Positions 39,808 through 54,758 of a stretch of 64,000 bases of DNA are shown here, piece by piece. Every line of letters starts with the position of its first letter. Position 1 is the first letter of the stretch. This stretch comes from Octopus sinensis. Lineage: Eukaryota. The notes under the pieces are model-generated. The model ran no database searches. It was not told where the DNA came from and saw only the letters and a program-made list of their open reading frames with translations. The DNA lies in the NCBI RefSeq assembly GCF_006345805.1, contig NC_043012.1:31558001-31622000 (forward strand), written 5' to 3'. Position numbers and translations under genes: made by a program.

Positions 39808-40050
39808 TGGAGGCGCTTGGTTTAGTAATTAAGGTGTTGGAGTCTTCATCGTAAGATTCTGGTTTCTATTCCTGGGTCGGACGACGAGTTGTGTTCTTGA
39901 GCAGAACACTTCATTTCACGTTGCTCCAATCTACATGGCTGGCAAAAATAGGTAATCTTGCGACGGACCGGTGTTTCATCCAGCTGGAGAATATATACGC
40001 GATGAAACCAGGAAACCGGTTCTTGTGACACGGTTTGACTTGTGAAGGTA
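39808..40050 (+). mobile_element. Old SINE related to family C
   Basis: TGGAGGCGCTTGG...GGTTTCTATTCCTGG...CTTGAGCAGAACACTT...GGAAACCGG. Confidence 0.5.
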
Positions 40051-40797
40051 ACTTTAACTTTACTTCAGATATCCATTACTTTGTGACCGGACCATTATTG
40101 CGAACAGAATCTATCTTAATTTTGGTGTCAGTATTTCAAATACTCATTGGAAATATCAATGGAGGGAAGTCCGTCGGATTTATTGGCGAGCGTACATATT
40201 AGCCTGATAGAATATAGAGCATTTAACCTTACTATTGTGCTTTTTATTCATATACAAATGGCATTCGAATGCTCCTGTCTGTTGGTATAGGAGACAACAT
40301 AAATGACATGTTCATCGACATTGATGGCCATATAAATTTTGAAATCGAACATATCAACAACACCGGACCTCTTAAATTTAAGCAACTGTAGAACTGTTTG
40401 AATTTGGTATTCATTAATAACAAATTACATAGAAAGCTAGCTCCACACCTTTAGTTGTGTATTAAAGACTAGTCTTGTTAATCAGTGCTTGAGCCACCTA
40501 CGTTCGGAATGAAATATCACGTATCGTCTGTAAATGCCGAAAGAACAAGGTATAGAAGTGCACAACAAGTTAGTTCAACATGATGCAAATAGATAACGAC
40601 TAGCTTTTATCATACAAGTGACTCTGGCGTGATTTAAACTTCAAAAGAAATTTAACACTTTCAGCAGCAGTAGTAGCTACGACTATAACGATGTTAGTGA
40701 TGCAGTTCACCAGCAAATCGGTTCAATGGAACCGAATATACTACTGGCCTACTGGTGCATTCTTGGTTTCCTTTCAGAAGAAGGCTAGTTTGGGAAT

Positions 40798-41092
40798 CCT
40801 TCTCGAGCCATGCCTGGCTCATATGGGCCGGTTTTCCGGTTCCCTTGGTGTATAGGTTCCCCACCTGGATGGGACGCCGGTCCGTCGCAGGTGAGCTGCA
40901 AGATGCAGGAGAAAAGAGTGAGAGAAAGTAGTGGCGAAAGTCTCAGCAGAAGTTCGCCATTACCTTCTGCCGGAGCCGCGTGGGGCTTAGGTGTTTCGCT
41001 CATAAACACACACATCGCCCGGTCTGAGATTCGAACCCGCGATCCCTCAACCGCGAGTCTGCTGCTCTAACCACTAGGCCATGTGCCTCCAC
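40798..41092 (-). mobile_element. SINE family C with 13-bp target-site duplication
   Basis: Close to 25217-25504; TSD CTAGTTTGGGAAT at 40785-40797 and 41093-41105. Confidence 0.9.
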
Positions 41093-41321
41093 CTAGTTTG
41101 GGAATGGACCCAACAACTGTAACAATATATACAAAACGATTAACAACACCCTCAACAATGTAGTTTTGTTTTAATGGGATACATGGTGTAACACGCTTCT
41201 GTTACAAGAGACATCGGAAGATGCCATAACCAGGTTAGAACACGTGTCATCAGAACCACACATTTAAATGTAAATTATTTGATGGTTTATGCTGTGTTCT
41301 TATTAGAAGCTTAAATAGTTA

Positions 41322-41552
41322 TTCCTTTATTACTCACAAGGGGCTAAACATAGAGGGGACAAACAAGAACAGACATAGGTATTAAGTCGATTACATCGAC
41401 CCCAGTGCGTAACTGATACTTATTTAATCGACCCCGAAAGGATGAAAGGCAAAGTCGACCTCGGCGGAATTTGAATTCAGAACGTAGCGGCAGACGAAAT
41501 ACCGCAAAGCATTTCGCCCGGCGTGCTAACGTTTCTGCCAGCTCGCCGCCTT
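41322..41552 (-). mobile_element. SINE family B, full length, tail type 1
   Basis: Colinear reverse complement of 59321-59555. Confidence 0.9.
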
Positions 41553-42225
41553 TTAGAAACTTAAATACCACTCTCAACTATAACATCTGAGAGGGAATAA
41601 GCGTTCTGCGTTGGCTGAAACAAGTAAACGATAGAGATGAAAGATATCATTTCGAGGAGGAATTGTTGGTATTCATGAAATATTTGGAGAAAATATATTT
41701 CTTCACCATCTATTGGAATATGTGATTTCGATATTTATTGGGATATCATGGTAAAATGAATAACCTATTGAAAAAAATATTGTGCTAAATTTCATTTCAT
41801 ACACAAAATCGTATTCCAGCAAAGCTAATAGCTTATATTTTCTCCGTATGTCTGGAGTTACATGGCTACTGACCAAATTTATATTAATTTTGTAATGGCT
41901 GCTGTGGAATAAAAAATAGGCTCTGATGACAGAGCGTTAATAGCTAAAATCATACTTAGTATTTCTAGCGTTAAAATTGGTCGGGTGTTTAATAAATATA
42001 CTCATTTATTAATTTAAAAATCATACGCTTAGATTATTTAATTTAATAATGCTTTCCTATCTTAAACTAAGCTAATTTAGGATGTTTAATTGAAATGTAT
42101 TTTCTTTCTCTAAAACCGAGTTTTTATTTCTTTCATATATTTTATCTTTTAATATTCTAAGACATTTGTGTATTGAAGCATTGCTTCCTATCAACCTTCC
42201 CTAAACACACTTAATTATTATATAA

Positions 42226-42400
42226 TCTTTTCTACTCTAGGCACACGGCCCGAAATTTTTTTTGGGGGGACCAGTCGATTAGTTCGACCCCAGTACGCAA
42301 CTGGTACTTAAGTTATCGACTCTGAAAGGATAAAGACAAAGTCGACCTCAGCGGAATTTGAACTGAGAACGTAAAGACAGACGAAATACCGCCAAGCATT
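42226..42400 (-). mobile_element. SINE family B, 5'-truncated, tail type 2
   Basis: TCTTTTCTACTCTAGGCAC...CTGGTACTT...GTCGACCTC. Confidence 0.8.
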
Positions 42401-42564
42401 AATAAATACTAATCATTATATAGTAATTAAACTTAATTACTATATAATGATCAAGCGAAATTTATTTCTATTTTCTTAAAAGTAATTGAGAGCGGTAGAG
42501 ATTTCGGTTACAAACACTAGGTTCTCTTCATTCATTGAAGTGGGTGTTATAATCATTGGAATGC

Positions 42565-42622
<58 letters not shown>

Positions 42623-45561
42623 TTACATACATAATATATATATATATGCACATGTATGTATGAGCGTGTGTATGTGTGTAAATAGTTACACGCATATATA
42701 TGTATACACATATATATGCACATACATACACACAAACAAACACAAACACATACACACATACTAAGCTTGTAGTCAAAACTCATTATTTCTTCAAAAAGTT
42801 AAGAAAAATACAAAATCTTAAATTACATTGCTTTAGTTATCTTTTTAGAAGAAAACTATTTAAGCGTTTGCTTAATCCTTACGGATGGGCTAAATATAAA
42901 ATATGTGGCAGAACAATTAACTACACTTAATCAGCGAAATATATAGCATATGTGGTTCTGAAGGTAATTAATTTTACTACTTTAAACGTTTAGTTGTTGC
43001 AGAATTACGAATCAATATAATGATGATATATCTCTTAAGAAAGTGGTCGTTAAATCTCCCTAATATAATTGTATTATGGTCCTGAACTTAGGTACGTGAC
43101 TCACAACGGCGTAACTTATAAATAATCACCGTCACCACATAGAGCTATAGTTCCCCATAGTAACTTTTGAGGTGAATAAATAATTGCCTAATATTACGTT
43201 AAATTGATATTTTGGGCCTATTTCTTACTGACGAAATTGAAAAGGTAACAAGTAATTATTTTAATGCATTCTTATATGAATTTAATTGCTCAGTAGGCAC
43301 CAAGCACTTATAATATATTCCCTGTGGTGGGAATTCGACGCTGTAATTCCGGACGTAATTACGTGGTCTCTATTTTAAAGTATTTCATAGTTTGATCGAC
43401 TTTGATAAATCATTTCCAATACTTGGTACCAGAGAAGTCAAAATTATCGATGGAATATACTTGGTTTAAGAAATCGGATGTAAATGTGGTTAAATATTAC
43501 TTAATTTGAGATTTTAGATTTTATTGACTTGATGCAAATTTCAGTAACCCCTAGAGCGAAAGGAGCATTGTTTCAACCTCTAGATATCTATGCCTTCATT
43601 TTTCAGTATTTATACATTATTATTGTTTTGTTTTGGAAGGACATGATACGTAAGCTGTTATATCTAGCACATGACGTACTATAGTACATTGAAATTTGAA
43701 TTATTTTAAACCTAAGTCAGCTTCGTTGTGTAATATTTTCCCATAGGTGAATTTCATTATTTCCTTATTAATAAAATATATACCACTGATATACTGGTGC
43801 CAACTCAATTGATTATGATGTTCATTAGTTGGTAACTGTTAACATGCTCCGTTTTCAAACTGATTAACATTAGGTTCCACTCATTTTTGATGTAGATGAT
43901 GATTATAAACTTTGAAAACTCAACGTAAAATTATTTGGGTACTCCCACCACCTTTTCATGCACACACATTGATAATTCTTTTACCAGCTTTTGATATATT
44001 TCTTGTTCTTTTATGCAATCTGTTATCCAGGGATGCTATATCAATTGTTGTGTAATAGCTTTCCTCTGTTTTGACGATATTAACCACTGGTCTTTTTGAC
44101 TTGATCACTTGATCACATTGAAATTTGAAATGTTATAACAACTTAACATCCTAATTTTCTTCGATCCCATTAGACTAATGCTCTTATAAATTCTATCCAA
44201 ATTTTAAGTTTTACATGGTTTCCTCTGAACAATGTTTGCAATACAAGATGGAGAAGCGGCATTGTACATAGTGTTCTAATGAACAATATTTGCAATGCCG
44301 TTTCTCCGACTTAATTTCCCTTTAATTCATCGACAAAGAAACATTGCCCAACAAAGCTGTTTTAGCTTTAAGTCACTTGAAATCTATATCTTAAGGAAGG
44401 CCGTGTGCTACATATTACCGTTAACATATATCTTTCTCACAAAACACGAATAAATTGAAGTGAAAGCATATCAATCAGTTTCTGAAAACAGTTTAAGGTT
44501 GGCTCAAACAATGCTCCTATCGTTTATTATAGTTGCGCAGTTTTACCGCATTCGTTCATTATGTGGCTAATGCTTTATCATTTCCAACGTAAGAGTAATT
44601 CAATATTATCAACGTGTCATTTCAGATTAATTCGTTCTGTTTTTTTCTTCTTTATAACGAACAAATTAAGGATTCCTTTCCAAACTTTTAGGATCTGATA
44701 TTTACATTCACTACCACGTCTCTTTAGCCACACCGTCGTCCATATTGCTACAGAAAACTACACAGTTTTCCCGCTGTTTTCCACAGCTCTTTTACTTCAC
44801 CATGTCTCCTTTTCTTCCATTCTGATCCTTATGATTATACTTCTCCACCTCAATATGCATCCTACATCCATCCGGTCAAGCGCTTTTACTCCAACCAGCA
44901 ACAATTCATCTCTGATAGTTTTCTGTTCTTTCACATTACTTACAACAGATCGATATTTTTCGTCCACTTATTTTTTTTTTCTGTGTATATAAGGTCTACG
45001 AATGTTACTCTTAATGTTTATTGCTTCGTTTATTGTCATCGATTTCCGTATCAATTCACACATTGGCCGGTTGATATGGTAGATATATTTTGACAATAAT
45101 TAAAACAAGGTCTTTCTTTCGATATCTAGCAGAGAGATCTCTCGAGACTGGTCAAGTTTTACTGAGTTTTCTTTGTAGAGACAAAACAGCCAGCAAGAAA
45201 TGTCCCTGCTTCTTCCAGATCGAATGTGAAAATCTTGTTAGCTTTCTAAGCAACAGGTGTCAGTTATTGTATGGTGCCAGAATCTTGGTTTGAGAAATAT
45301 AGAAAGGGTTTTCATTCTTCAAAACGCATTGAATATACCCCAGAAAAAGTCATGAAATAGTTCAATGTAAATGCTTTGAGGATGCTCTAATAATATTTAC
45401 TGTAATCTGTAGCGGTTGTGTCTCAATCTGTAGTATCAATCTTAATTGGGATAGTATAAGTTTTTACTTCAACAGCTTGGTTCATAAAACTTCGTCGTTT
45501 ATAGTGATCGTCTGAACTACATAAGTAGTCGTTAGGTTTTACTATATCATTTATTAGTACA

Positions 45562-45755
45562 AAGGCGGCGAGCTGGTAGACACGTTAGCGCGCCGGGCGG
45601 AATGTCGTTATGTTCTGGGTTCAAATTGCCTTTCATCCTTTCGGGGTCGATAAATAAAGTACCAGTTACGCACTGGGGGTCGATGTAATCGACTTAATCC
45701 CTTTGTCCTTGTTTGTCCCCTCTATGTTTAGCCCCTTGTGGGCAATAAAGAAACA
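45562..45755 (+). mobile_element. SINE family B with internal deletions, tail type 1
   Basis: AAGGCGGCGAGCTGG...GCCTTTCATCCTTTCGGGGTCG...AGCCCCTTGTGGGCAATAAAG. Confidence 0.85.
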
Positions 45756-47056
45756 TATTTCGTTTATTAGTACAATATTGTCATTGTTACATTGGTTTAT
45801 ATGCAATATGTTGTGGTCTGTCTATATAGTGAGGACGCGTCCCCTAGTATTTAGGGTGTTGCACTCACGTTCGCGAAATTGTGGTTTCTATCCCCAGTGA
45901 GGGTGGGGCGTTTTGTTATTGAGCAAATCACTTCATTTCACGTTGCTCTGCCATAATTTCGACATCCGATGTGTGGCTCGCCTTGTACCATACAGGCAAT
46001 GTCGATTTGATGGATGGAGGGAGTTTATGTACAGCATTAAAATGTGAACGCTATAAGAAAATCATGTGTGTAGGTTGTTCAGTGAGAAATTACGGAGTTG
46101 TGTTTCTCGGACTCGAGAGACTACCAAGAAAAGTCTCTCTGCTAAAATTCTATTGTTTGTTTTTTCATTATCCTTTTTTTAGGACCACAGGCTTTTTGAA
46201 GGAATTGAAATCAGATGACCGAGAATTCTTGTATGCTACTGTGTCTTCGCATCTTTGTCACACCCTAAATATGACAAATACACATGACGTTTATCAGTTA
46301 TATTGTCGTTATCATGAATATTCCGAGCAATATATCTTGTAGCTTTGGTTCGCACCTGTATGTTACTTCTACAATCCCATTGAAATTGGATTTGCCCATC
46401 TAATACAATTATTATTTTTATTCTTATAAGATAGACATAATTCGTGGAAGTCTTGGTCGTTTAAAGGATGATTTTAAGTTTATTTACCAGGATTTGCTTA
46501 TGAGCCAAAGAAAGCGCTATCGGCTTCGTTGCTGATGTAGGCTTAGACTTTAGGTATTTGAAATCTAATCTAATTTCCTGCAAGAATTTTGTTGCTACGG
46601 TGATAATTGACTTATTACGCTTTGTACGATTTTATTTTTACGTAGACAGAGAGCGTCCACTTCTCAAACTAAACATATACGACACGATTTTTCACAAAAT
46701 AGATAATTCAATTACTTGAACATGTGAACGAATTAGTATAAAAGCTTTAATTGTGAATTCGAAAGGTAGTGAGCCATACTAATGACTACTTTCTAAAACT
46801 GACCCTTGACATTCAATAATCCTTACCACTCTTCCCCATAGAAATTTTCAGTCGGAAGATACAGGGCTTTTTGTATAATATGCTGCACTGTATAACTAGA
46901 TATCTCATATTACGGTCAACAGAAACTAGGTCTGTTGCATTTCAACCTCATACTTCGATGCCATATGTCATGGCTGGCACGGCAAATGTATGCTGCTACA
47001 CAGTCTATCCTTAACGCATCTTCATTTTGTATACTCGTTAGTTTATCTTTCTCTTA

Positions 47057-47127
47057 TGGCGTAGTGGTTAAGAGCGCTGGTTACTAACCCCAAGATTCCA
47101 AGTTCGATTCCAGACGGGTGACCTGAA

Positions 47128-47159
<32 letters not shown>

Positions 47160-47165
47160 TTACTG
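47057..47165 (+). mobile_element. tRNA-like head of the 3516 family followed by (ACT)n
   Basis: A box TGGCGTAGTGG, B box GTTCGATTCC, GTGACCTGAATA. Confidence 0.8.
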
Positions 47166-48280
47166 GAACCCTCGTCGTTGTGATCAACGGAGTAATAGTA
47201 GTAGTAGCAGTTATTATAGTTGTAGAAGTAGTAGCAGCAACAGGCCAGTAGAGCTGAGGACCAAACATCTTGCAATGTTCTGACTTCAAACGTAATCATA
47301 CGCTATTTTGACCTTCGCCCTTCCAATACTTAAGTATGAAGGGGAGGGATGATCATCCTGTTTTCCATATAAATTCACTTGCCTCCAACAAAATATGCCT
47401 TAACTTCACATGTCCAAATAATTGCATTATCCCATTTGTGCATACTCGCGTTGTACATATCTAATTCAAGAAGAGGACCCTCTCTTTTTGTTTAAAAAAA
47501 TATGTGTTGTATTTAGTAATGGTATTTGTTTGAGTAGATAGCTATATAATTACTACAGCACTCCTTTCTGTAGGAACTACTAAATCTTGATTCATAAGAA
47601 GCGAATCTTTCTACATGCATTCCAGACTTCATACAGTTTAACACTAAATCATAATAATTTGATATCAGAGACTTCAAACGCTGTCTAAGCATTGCGTTTG
47701 CCAGAAACAATTATTATGTCAATAAAGAGAATTATTTCTTAATTCTGTATTAAACAATCTCTCGATGTTTGCTTTTATATATAAATATTCATTTGCTCCG
47801 TCATATTCTAGAGTATTTTGACCTCAATGGCAGCTTTTGTATTGTTTATCAACGACTGCTTATGGATACGCTATGATTATTTGTTTAAGCCAGCGAAGGA
47901 GTCAGCAATGCTAGAAATAGCAGGCAAATCTCCATCAAATAAAACCCCCATTGTCTTAAAAAATGAAAGAAGCATTCAATAATGTGATCCTAAATGCATT
48001 AAGAATGCTTAAAGACGAGGTGTTTACAGACGGAGTGCATTTGATAATGTGGTTGTTTATTCAGAACCATCGAACAGAACGAAAGCTTGCTGCGAACGAA
48101 GGAGCCTCAACAGTTTGGCTCGATCTCCATGAATTAATAGCCAAATCGCTCGCAAATCAAACTTGTTAACCTGACTTCATTTATACTTCTATGAACTTAA
48201 TAGGGTCTCCAATTGTCATTCTTGGTCAATTTTTGTTCCTCCTCCTCGTCCTCCTTCCACAACAACAACAGCAACAACAA

Positions 48281-48660
48281 TGGAGGCACAATGGCTCAAT
48301 GGTTAGGGCAGCGGACTCGCGGTCGGAGGATCGCGGTTTCGATTCCCAGACCGGATGTTGTGTGTATTTATTGAGCGAAAACACCTAAAAGCTCCACGAG
48401 GCTCCGGTAGGGGGTGGGGAGGTGGCGACCCCCTGTTGTACTCTTTCACCACAACTTTCTCTTACCCTTTCTTCTTGTTTCTTGTCCCCGACTTCCTACG
48501 CAACCGCTGAGCCTGGATGCGCATTCATCCATCCGTCGATGCTCTCGGTGTCGGGGGTTGACCTGCTTTCTCTTCTGCGGGTCTTACGAATAGCAAAGGA
48601 CCACGTTTCGGACTTCTCCCACTACTGGGACGAAGACAGTTCGCTCAACAAACAAACAAA
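48281..48660 (+). mobile_element. SINE family C, alternative tail
   Basis: TGGAGGCACAATGG...GCGGACTCGCGGTC...GTTTCGATTCCC; matches the reverse complement of 52340-52695. Confidence 0.9.
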
Positions 48661-48677
48661 CAGTAACAACAATAAAA

Positions 48678-48679
<2 letters not shown>

Positions 48680-48754
<75 letters not shown>

Positions 48755-48820
48755 CACCACCACCACTACCACCACCACTACCACCACCACTACCACCACT
48801 ACTACTACTACTACTACTAC
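48680..48820. repeat. (CTA)n/(CCA)n microsatellite
   Basis: Direct reading. Confidence 0.95.
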
Positions 48821-50310
48821 TGGTGTGTTGAGCACATCCTTTTGTACACTGGGTAAAAGTTTTTTTGTACAAAAAAAAAACCCCGGACAGTTCTTCGTTC
48901 TAATTCCACATTGGTCCCATGTGGGAGGGAATCATAATACAGCTTGTGTGGAATTCGAACATCAGCAGCCTGCTTATATTAATAATATCTCCATCGTTTT
49001 ACAAAGCTTCTACCGAGTCGCTTTGACTTCTAGAAATAGTAGACAAGATATCTCTTAAATTTGATCATATTGTCTTAAATGATAACGAATACACTGGGGG
49101 GATGCGTACTCGACACCACGTTCACGTTCGGAAAGGCTTTGGCCACGAACGAGTCTGTTAGATCGTGCTTAACCTTGGCTTAAACAATAACTACGCAGAT
49201 TCAATTGAAATTCTCCGTTGTAACATTATCAAGTTTTTTTTCTTCTTTTAAACAATTACGCACTTTGCATCTAATGATCAAAGATGATATTTGAAGAGAA
49301 ACTAGTCACAAAGAACTGGACAAAATATTGATTCTTTATCGTCTCCTATTTTTTCCTTTCTTGCTAATACGTCACGATTTTGTTGTATAATCGACAATAC
49401 AGTTCTTCAATAATTTCACCAACACTTGTCTGGTTTATTTTTCACAGCGCTAAATGCTAATTTGTATTTGTATAGGAGCAATATGAACTGTAAACAAAGA
49501 GAAGGCATTAAATACGTGTTACTGTTTTTTTTGAAAACTATTTCTTGTAATGTAGCGACACCATGTTTACAATAACAATGGTTTCAAGATTTTGTACAGG
49601 GCCAGCAATGTCGGTTTGTGTGTGTGTGTGTGTGTGTGTATGGAGGAAATAAGTTGATTACATTGACCGCTGAGTTCAAATAGTACTTATTTTATCGACC
49701 CGAAAATTATGAAAGGTAACGTGATACAATATATCGATAAAAAAATTGATATAAGTCAAAGCATGGAATTTATATATAAGTTTATATAAAATATGCAATA
49801 ATTTAAATGAGTTACAATTTAACTAATAAAAAACAAAAAAATTATTAACCACCGAAACACGGGTAAATGTTTTCACCTCGATCAAGTCATTCAATCAATT
49901 CTGTTTAATTTCCTCAGCAATAATTTTTCCTTTCTTGTAGCCAACTGTCTCCTTCAAAAAAAAAAAGAAAAAAGAAAAAAGAAAAAATGTCCACGAAAAC
50001 GGTCAACATAGATTATTCATTTGATTGTTCGAATGATCTTTTTAGAACTTCATATCTTTTGCAAACTCCAGGCTTATCGAAGATTATTTCAGCAGCAATC
50101 TATATTAAATTTATATCGTGATGGCCAAGAAAATCGTTTATATCTGTTAGCGATAATGCACTCTTACACAAATATACATAATTTATTTAAAATTTCGAAT
50201 TAATCTGATGTAGGAAATGGCTCGTCATTTTGATAGTGAAACTATAGTGACGGCGGTGGCGGTGATGTGTTGCTATTTGGCTTCTTCCTAGCTTTTAACC
50301 GCTACTGCTG

Positions 50311-50800
50311 TCTTCTTCTTCTTCTTCCAATCGCGACTCATGCCATTAGCCACAAAGAATAATCTCTAATTCGAGCCTACTCTAAGCTACTAAGAAGGCG
50401 CGCGGCAACTTGAAGATCCACCCACCACACGCGATAGACTGGCGGTTGCACGGGCGCGAAAGCTACGTTGTTATCCTCATTCCGTAAACGGTAGCTTTTA
50501 ACGGGTGGAGAGCTGAACCATCCTGCGGTACAGAGGGTTCACAATATAGACTAGGGTCTGAAAGTTTACCACACCATAGTGGGTTACACCATGGTTCCTC
50601 TGCTTTGTGGCAGAAGTAGGAAGAAAGAGTGAGAGAAAGTTGAGGTGAAAGAGTATAGCGGGTTTCACCCTCCCACCCGGAGCCTCGTGGAATTTAGGTA
50701 TTTCGCTCAATAAACACTCACAATGCCCAGTCTGGGAATCGAAACTGCGTTCTTACGACCGCGAGTCCGCTGCCCTAACCACCGCGCCATGGCGCCTCCA
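50311..50800 (-). mobile_element. SINE family C head and body (~50615-50800) with a long distinct 3' region ending in (GAA)n
   Basis: Head homology is clear; the tail extent is inferred from the (TTC)n at 50311-50327. Confidence 0.65.
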
Positions 50801-51654
50801 CTCCTGCTGCTGTTGTCGCTACTGCTGTTCTTGTTGTCGTTGTTTTTGTTGTCACTGTTAGTTTTCGAACTTAGTGAATATCCGTTTTCCTTTGTAACAC
50901 TGTAGTTACATTGGTACATGGATACTCCATCTGATCTACAGATATATTAAAGCCAAACAAACAGAATGGAAAAGAAAGAAGAAGAAAAAGATAGAGAAAA
51001 TGAAATAAAAGATCCGCTAATAATTACGGAAATAACGAAACGACACGAATGAAAAAAAAAAGAAAAAGAAAAACAAAACAGAAGCGACAAAGACTGGAGA
51101 ATTATAGAATGGAAACAGAAGTATCCAAAATCAAAAATTGCCCGAAGCAAGAGTTCCTCACTAAATCATAAAATATCCATCGATAACAAAAGTGGCAGAG
51201 ATTCTTTGAACAAAACAAAATATTTCAACTCCAACATGAAATGATTTTATCTAGAACCTGACAAAAGAAAAAAAAATGCAAAGAAGTAGAAGAATTCTGG
51301 GGAGGGGGATATTGGTGTAGAAGGAATCACTAGACATACAATTGTTTAAAACAATGTACACAGTATCTGAACATTATGCGAAGTAACAATTCTTGAAGTT
51401 GTTCAGATATTTCTAAAAAGAAAAAGGATAAAAAAATGAATAAATAGATAAAAGTACAACAGACATGCAAATAACTGAAAGACATTAGGATAGGATACGG
51501 TCCCAAACTTCTGGTCAATATATTTGGCAGTGACATATAAGGTGCTTGTAAATTTGTTGAATAGGATGCTGTTGGAAACTTTTTGCCCACCACTAAGAGA
51601 ATCAGTGATGGGTAAAAGCGATGCTGTACAACTCCCTTCTGCAGCATTGTACCA

Positions 51655-51880
51655 CTGGCAGAATCGTTAGCACGCCGGTCGAAATGCCTAGCGGTATTTT
51701 GTCTGCCGTTACGTTCTGAGTTCAAATTCCGCCGAGGTCGACTTTGCTTTTCATCCTTTCGTGGTCGATAAATTAAGTACCAGTTACGCACTGGGGTCGA
51801 TATAATCGACTTGATCTGTTTGTCTGTCCTTGTTTGTCCTCTCAGTGTTTAGCCACTTGTGGGTAGTACAGAAATAGGTA
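51655..51880 (+). mobile_element. SINE family B, tail type 1
   Basis: CTGGCAGAATCGTTAGCACGCC...GTCGACTTTGC...CTTGTGGGTAGTA. Confidence 0.85.
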
Positions 51881-52290
51881 GAGTCCTGTGAGCTCTTGGC
51901 ATCATTTCAGATGCCCAGTGCCTTGTGTCGGTCTTTACTTGAACCAGAAATTCAGATATAACAAAACAAGCTGGGGAAAAAACGCATCTGACAAACGGTG
52001 GCCCCACTTATTCACCACCAGAGAATCGCTGGAGATGTTCCAGTCTCAAAGCATGCCTGCGCACCGTCAGCCTCAGAATGCCTAATCCTTCATTCAGAGG
52101 TTCTCGACAGCAAATCGATCACCTAACCAGTCACAGACATCCTTTCCGCAATAGACAGAAGAGTAGACGCTCCATACAGGCCAGACATGAATTGGGACAA
52201 AGCACGGCAGTGAGGAAGTGTTAAGTGAAGTGGGCATTCGGTCAGAGATAGTGGCGGAGGTGTGACAGGTCCTTCACAATATTACTGATG
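51881..52290 (-). mobile_element. Decayed L1/Tx1-like ORF2 fragment (post-RT region)
   Basis: Minus-strand GLGILRLTVRRHALRLEHLQRF resembles the GGLG motif region of L1/Tx1 ORF2; heavily degraded. Confidence 0.4.
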
Positions 52291-52339
52291 ATATAAGTGT
52301 GGTGGAAACAGTTGCTGTTACTGCTGTTGCTGTTGCTGT

Positions 52340-52695
52340 TGAGCGTAGCGGTCTTCGTCCAGTGGGAGAAGTCCGAAACGTGGTCCTTTGCTATTCGTAA
52401 GACCCGCAGAAGAGAAAGCAGGTCAACCCCCGACACCGAGAGCATCGACGGATGGATGAATGCGCAATCAGGTTGAGCGGTTGCGTAGGAAGTCGGGGAC
52501 AAGAAACAGGAAGAAAGAGTGAGAGAAAGTTGTGGTGAAAGAGTACAGCAGGGTTCACCACCACCCCCTGCCGGAGGCTCGTGGAGCTTTAGGTGTTTTC
52601 GCTCAATAAACACACACAATGCCCGATCTGGGAATCGAAACCGCGATCCTCCGACCGCGAGTTCGCTGCCCTAACCATTGGGCCATTGCATCTCC
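52340..52695 (-). mobile_element. SINE family C, same tail as 48281-48660
   Basis: Colinear reverse complement of 48281-48660. Confidence 0.9.
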
Positions 52696-54270
52696 TTGCT
52701 GTTACTGCTGCATGCGCGATGGTTATTGAGGTTGTATTTGTGTTACAGATATAACAAGTATTTGGGACAGATGACACCACAGCATATATAACTGCATAGG
52801 GCAGCAGATCCACAGGGCAGATGACCCTTAAGTGGTTCGTCGTCACGTTTGAGACACTTGCCTTCTATTATAATGCAAACTTGCATCTCCTTAATGCAGA
52901 AATCGTCACCGAGTGGGCAAGTATTTTCAATAGTTATCCGTAAAGCGGTGAGCTCGATCAGATTGTCTTTAATAGGAATCCGTTCTCGGTCACTTAGCTA
53001 CATATGAGATTTCTTCTATCCTGTTTCAACAGCTCTTCATTTGAATACGATGTTAAATCTTGCCTTACGATATTCCCGATGTACCTCGATCGTTTTGTGT
53101 GTCTTTTTAAGGACCCTATTATTTAAGAAAACAATAACACTATGACAATTATAAAAAAGGAAATTCTTTATTTCTTTTCTTGAAGAACAACAATAATAAC
53201 TGTTTCCAATATAGTCACTCGGTTACAGGTTACAGTTTCGCTAAATAATTGTTTGTCGATTAAATCGATATCACTTTATAATTGGAACGTTATCGGCAAA
53301 GAAAGAATGGATGTCAAAGTTGACCTCAGCAGGAGTCAGAATAAATAACAGCAGATATCATCCACGTTCATTAGAGCAGCAAAAAATGATGATACGCAAC
53401 AGTATGTAACAAAACTCTAAGCATGTAAATGTGTCTTAAATAGCTAAAAAATAGTGTCTCTCAAAGAAAAGAGTATTCGAACTATAATTTGCTATGAGTT
53501 CCTTATACAACATTCTATCAGACCAGTTTGTATAAGAAAACAGAAGGTTAAACCAGCCATCGACGTGTATTTTTCTAGGTTTTGCTTATCCTTCGTAAAA
53601 TATATATAGTAGGGTGATGTGTTTGTAACAGTTTATTGTTTCGTATTTTCACAAGAGGTTGAGCGAGAAATAAGATGAAGACCTGAATCTTAGTCTGTTC
53701 TAGTTTGTCCGCCATACTACTCCAGTCATTGCATGCACTAATCACACAAAAATATGTCTTGTTGTTTATTCTATGGCGATCGATTTAATGCGAACAGCTC
53801 CAAACTGGTCTTTTATGCTTTACATATTTCGCTCACTACCTGACTGTTCAAACTTCCCATCACACTTATATCGATTTGGTCTATTCAACTACGGAGAACC
53901 ATTCAGACGGGTACCAGTAATACAGTGTTTAGTTCGTATTTAATCGAAAGAAATCGATATAATGCGTGTTAATTCTGTTTGCATTGTGGAAGATTTCGTT
54001 CTCTGCTTTACTGGTGCTGCTTTTAGATGATGACTTTCTTGCTGGTATTAATGACATAGAGGTAGCAGAGTTCGTTGGACCGCGTACAGAAATTACTTGT
54101 GATATATATATAGTTACGCCCCTTTTCTCCTTTCATCCCTTCAAAACTGAAAAATCATGTATTAATGAGTACTGGGGTAGTCAAACAGCTAAACCTAACT
54201 TCCAATTTTGAGGTATTTGGTATAATTTTGAAACGGTTGGTGTTAATTTGATTTTGGTTGAATCTGTTAA

Positions 54271-54677
54271 TACTCTTTACTCTCTTCTACTTGTTTCAGT
54301 AATTTGACTGGTCATGCTGGAGCACCGCCTTTAATCGAGCAACTCGACCCCGGGACTTATTCTTTTGTAAGCTCAATACTTATTCTATCGGTCTCTTTTG
54401 CCGAACCGCTAAGTAACGGAGACATAAACACACCAGCATCGGTTGTCAAGCAATGCTAGGGGGACAAACACAGACACACAAATACACACACGCATATATA
54501 TATATATACATATATACGACGGGCTTTCAGTTTCCGTCTACGAAATCCACTCACAAGGCTTTGGTCGGCCCGAGGCTATAGTAGAAGACACTCGCCCAAG
54601 GTGCCACGCAGTGGGACTGAACCCGGAACCATGTAGTTGGTAAACAACCGACTTACCACACAGCCACTCCTGCGCCT
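54271..54677 (-). mobile_element. SINE family A, full length
   Basis: Colinear reverse complement of 9223-9612. Confidence 0.9.
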
Positions 54678-54695
54678 GTTGAAGATGTGCTTGAA

Positions 54696-54758
<63 letters not shown>

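Noticed and set aside
44000-46700. Possible old LINE fragments (e.g. minus-strand DFKYL near 46560)
   Set aside because: Too degraded to assign boundaries or family without a search
47057-47125. Functional tRNA gene (also the heads of SINE A and C)
   Set aside because: A and B boxes are present, but I could not form an acceptor stem, and the heads run into microsatellite or SINE body
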